Source of the DNA: Candidatus Sulfobium sp.
GTDB lineage: Bacteria > Nitrospirota > Thermodesulfovibrionia > Thermodesulfovibrionales > UBA6898
Direction: 5' to 3'
DNA length: 14,687 nucleotides
NCBI GenBank assembly: GCA_037380845.1
Contig: JARRRI010000042.1
Coordinates: forward strand, 1-14,687
Shown: positions 13,747-14,687 of the stretch, piece after piece
Layout of the letters: every line of letters starts with the position of its first letter
Numbering within the stretch: position 1 is the stretch's first letter
Translations under genes and position numbers: made by a program
The notes under the pieces: generated by a model
Seen by the model: the letters and a program-made list of their open reading frames with translations, nothing else
What the model was told of the DNA's origin: nothing
The model's database searches: none

Positions 13747-14490
13747 ATGAGAGAGTTGTTAAATACCGGCAAATGGACCGAAGCAAAACTGGACAGTTTC
13801 ATACGCGAAGCTTCCCGGCTCGGGCAACCCGGGGAGCGGATTGAGCTTATCTCGCGACATTTTCTTGGCACGGCTTATCAGGAGTCAACCCTGAAGGGGA
13901 ATCCGGACACTGAGGAGGTTCTCGTAATAAACCTTGAAGGAATCGACTGCTTTACTTTCCTCGACTACGTAGAAGCTATGAGAATTTCGGTCTCCTTCCG
14001 CGATTTCAGAAACAATGTAGTAAAGGTCAGATACCAAAATGGCAGGATATCTTTCCAGGAACGCAACCATTTTTTCACCGACTGGAGAGAATACGGTGCG
14101 GACCGTGTCGATGACGTCACAGGGCCTGTCGGTGGAGGCAAGTCGAGAAAGGTTGTAAAGATGTTGAACCTGAGGGAAGACGGCTCTCATTTCCTCCAGG
14201 GGATCGATGCCAAAAGAAGGGAAATAAGCTTTATCCCTTCGGATGACCTCAACGACCGCGTCATCGGCAGGCTCGAGACCGGAGACTACGCAGGGATCTA
14301 CTCGCCGCTTGACGGTCTCGACGTATCGCATGCGGGGATCGTCGTAAAAAAAGGCGGCTCGGTTTATCTGCGTCATGCTTCCTCAGCGGAACGGACCAGA
14401 AAGGTAGTTAATGAGGACTTCATGAGGTATATTGCTTCCAGACCGGGGCTCGTAGTGTTGAGACCAAAAAGCGTAATGGAAGGCCGATAG
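13747..14490 (+). CDS. DUF1460 N-acetylmuramoyl-L-alanine amidase-like protein (NlpC/P60 superfamily)
   Basis: Motifs SRHFLGTAY, EVLVINLEGIDCFTFLDYV (catalytic Cys), VRY...RNHFFTDW, GLDVSHAGI (catalytic His) and LRHASS. The start is probably MRELL (13747) rather than the TTG at 13663. No signal peptide is seen. Confidence 0.88.
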   Translation: MRELLNTGKWTEAKLDSFIREASRLGQPGERIELISRHFLGTAYQESTLKGNPDTEEVLVINLEGIDCFTFLDYVEAMRISVSFRDFRNNVVKVRYQNGRISFQERNHFFTDWREYGADRVDDVTGPVGGGKSRKVVKMLNLREDGSHFLQGIDAKRREISFIPSDDLNDRVIGRLETGDYAGIYSPLDGLDVSHAGIVVKKGGSVYLRHASSAERTRKVVNEDFMRYIASRPGLVVLRPKSVMEGR

Positions 14491-14508
14491 AATTTGACCT
14501 TGCGGCTG

Positions 14509-14557
14509 CATAAAAAACCTCCGGCAAGACCGCCGGGCCATTTATGGGCTTTTTATG
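14509..14557. terminator. Possible bidirectional terminator-like structure between convergent genes
   Basis: Outer inverted repeat cataaaaa/tttttatg (14509-14516/14550-14557) encloses a ccggc/gccgg hairpin (14521-14536). The structure is imperfect. Confidence 0.35.
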
Positions 14558-14590
14558 GATATGTGCCCTCTCCTTCACGGCCGGGCAGGG

Positions 14591-14686
14591 TTAAGCCGCC
14601 TCGGCTTTCAGGTTCTCTATCTCTTCACGAAGCCACCAGAGCATCCACAGGCCGGGGATAGCCGTCAGGGCTGTGACGAAAAAAAT
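14591..14686 (-). CDS. C-terminal fragment of an MFS transporter, probably the AmpG muropeptide permease
   Basis: The minus strand reads ...IFFVTALTAIPGLWMLWWLREEIENLKAEAA*, resembling the last AmpG helix (FFxxTxxxAxPGLxxLxxLR). Only 31 codons are visible. Confidence 0.55.
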   Translation of the reverse strand: MFFVTALTAIPGLWMLWWLREEIENLKAEAA

Positions 14687-14687
14687 G

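Overview
This is a GC-rich bacterial chromosomal segment. The gene content suggests an anaerobic Nitrospirota- or Desulfobacterota-like organism (inference). In order it contains: the 3' part of a DUF3187-type outer-membrane protein; a degenerate MITE/REP-like palindrome; a small Lys/Ala-rich histone-H1-like protein fused to a desulforedoxin-like Cys-rich domain; an orphan gspG; radC; purD-purE-DUF89 phosphatase; an RRM RNA-binding protein; tsaC; a YwiC-like membrane protein; a stand-alone IMP-cyclohydrolase (N-terminal half of PurH); an MBL-fold hydrolase; a YkgJ-like Cys-cluster protein; a membrane protein of unknown function; a secreted 14-TPR protein with an NlpI-like end; a YccM/NapH-like membrane polyferredoxin; a DUF1460 amidase; and the C-terminus of a probable AmpG permease. 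The main feature missing from the ORF track is a 54-codon minus-strand gene (8446-8610). It reads CxxC...G-UGA-R...CxxC...CDRT and has a SECIS-like hairpin after the in-frame UGA, so it is a probable small selenoprotein, directly upstream of the split purH. No rRNA, tRNA, CRISPR array or transposase was seen.
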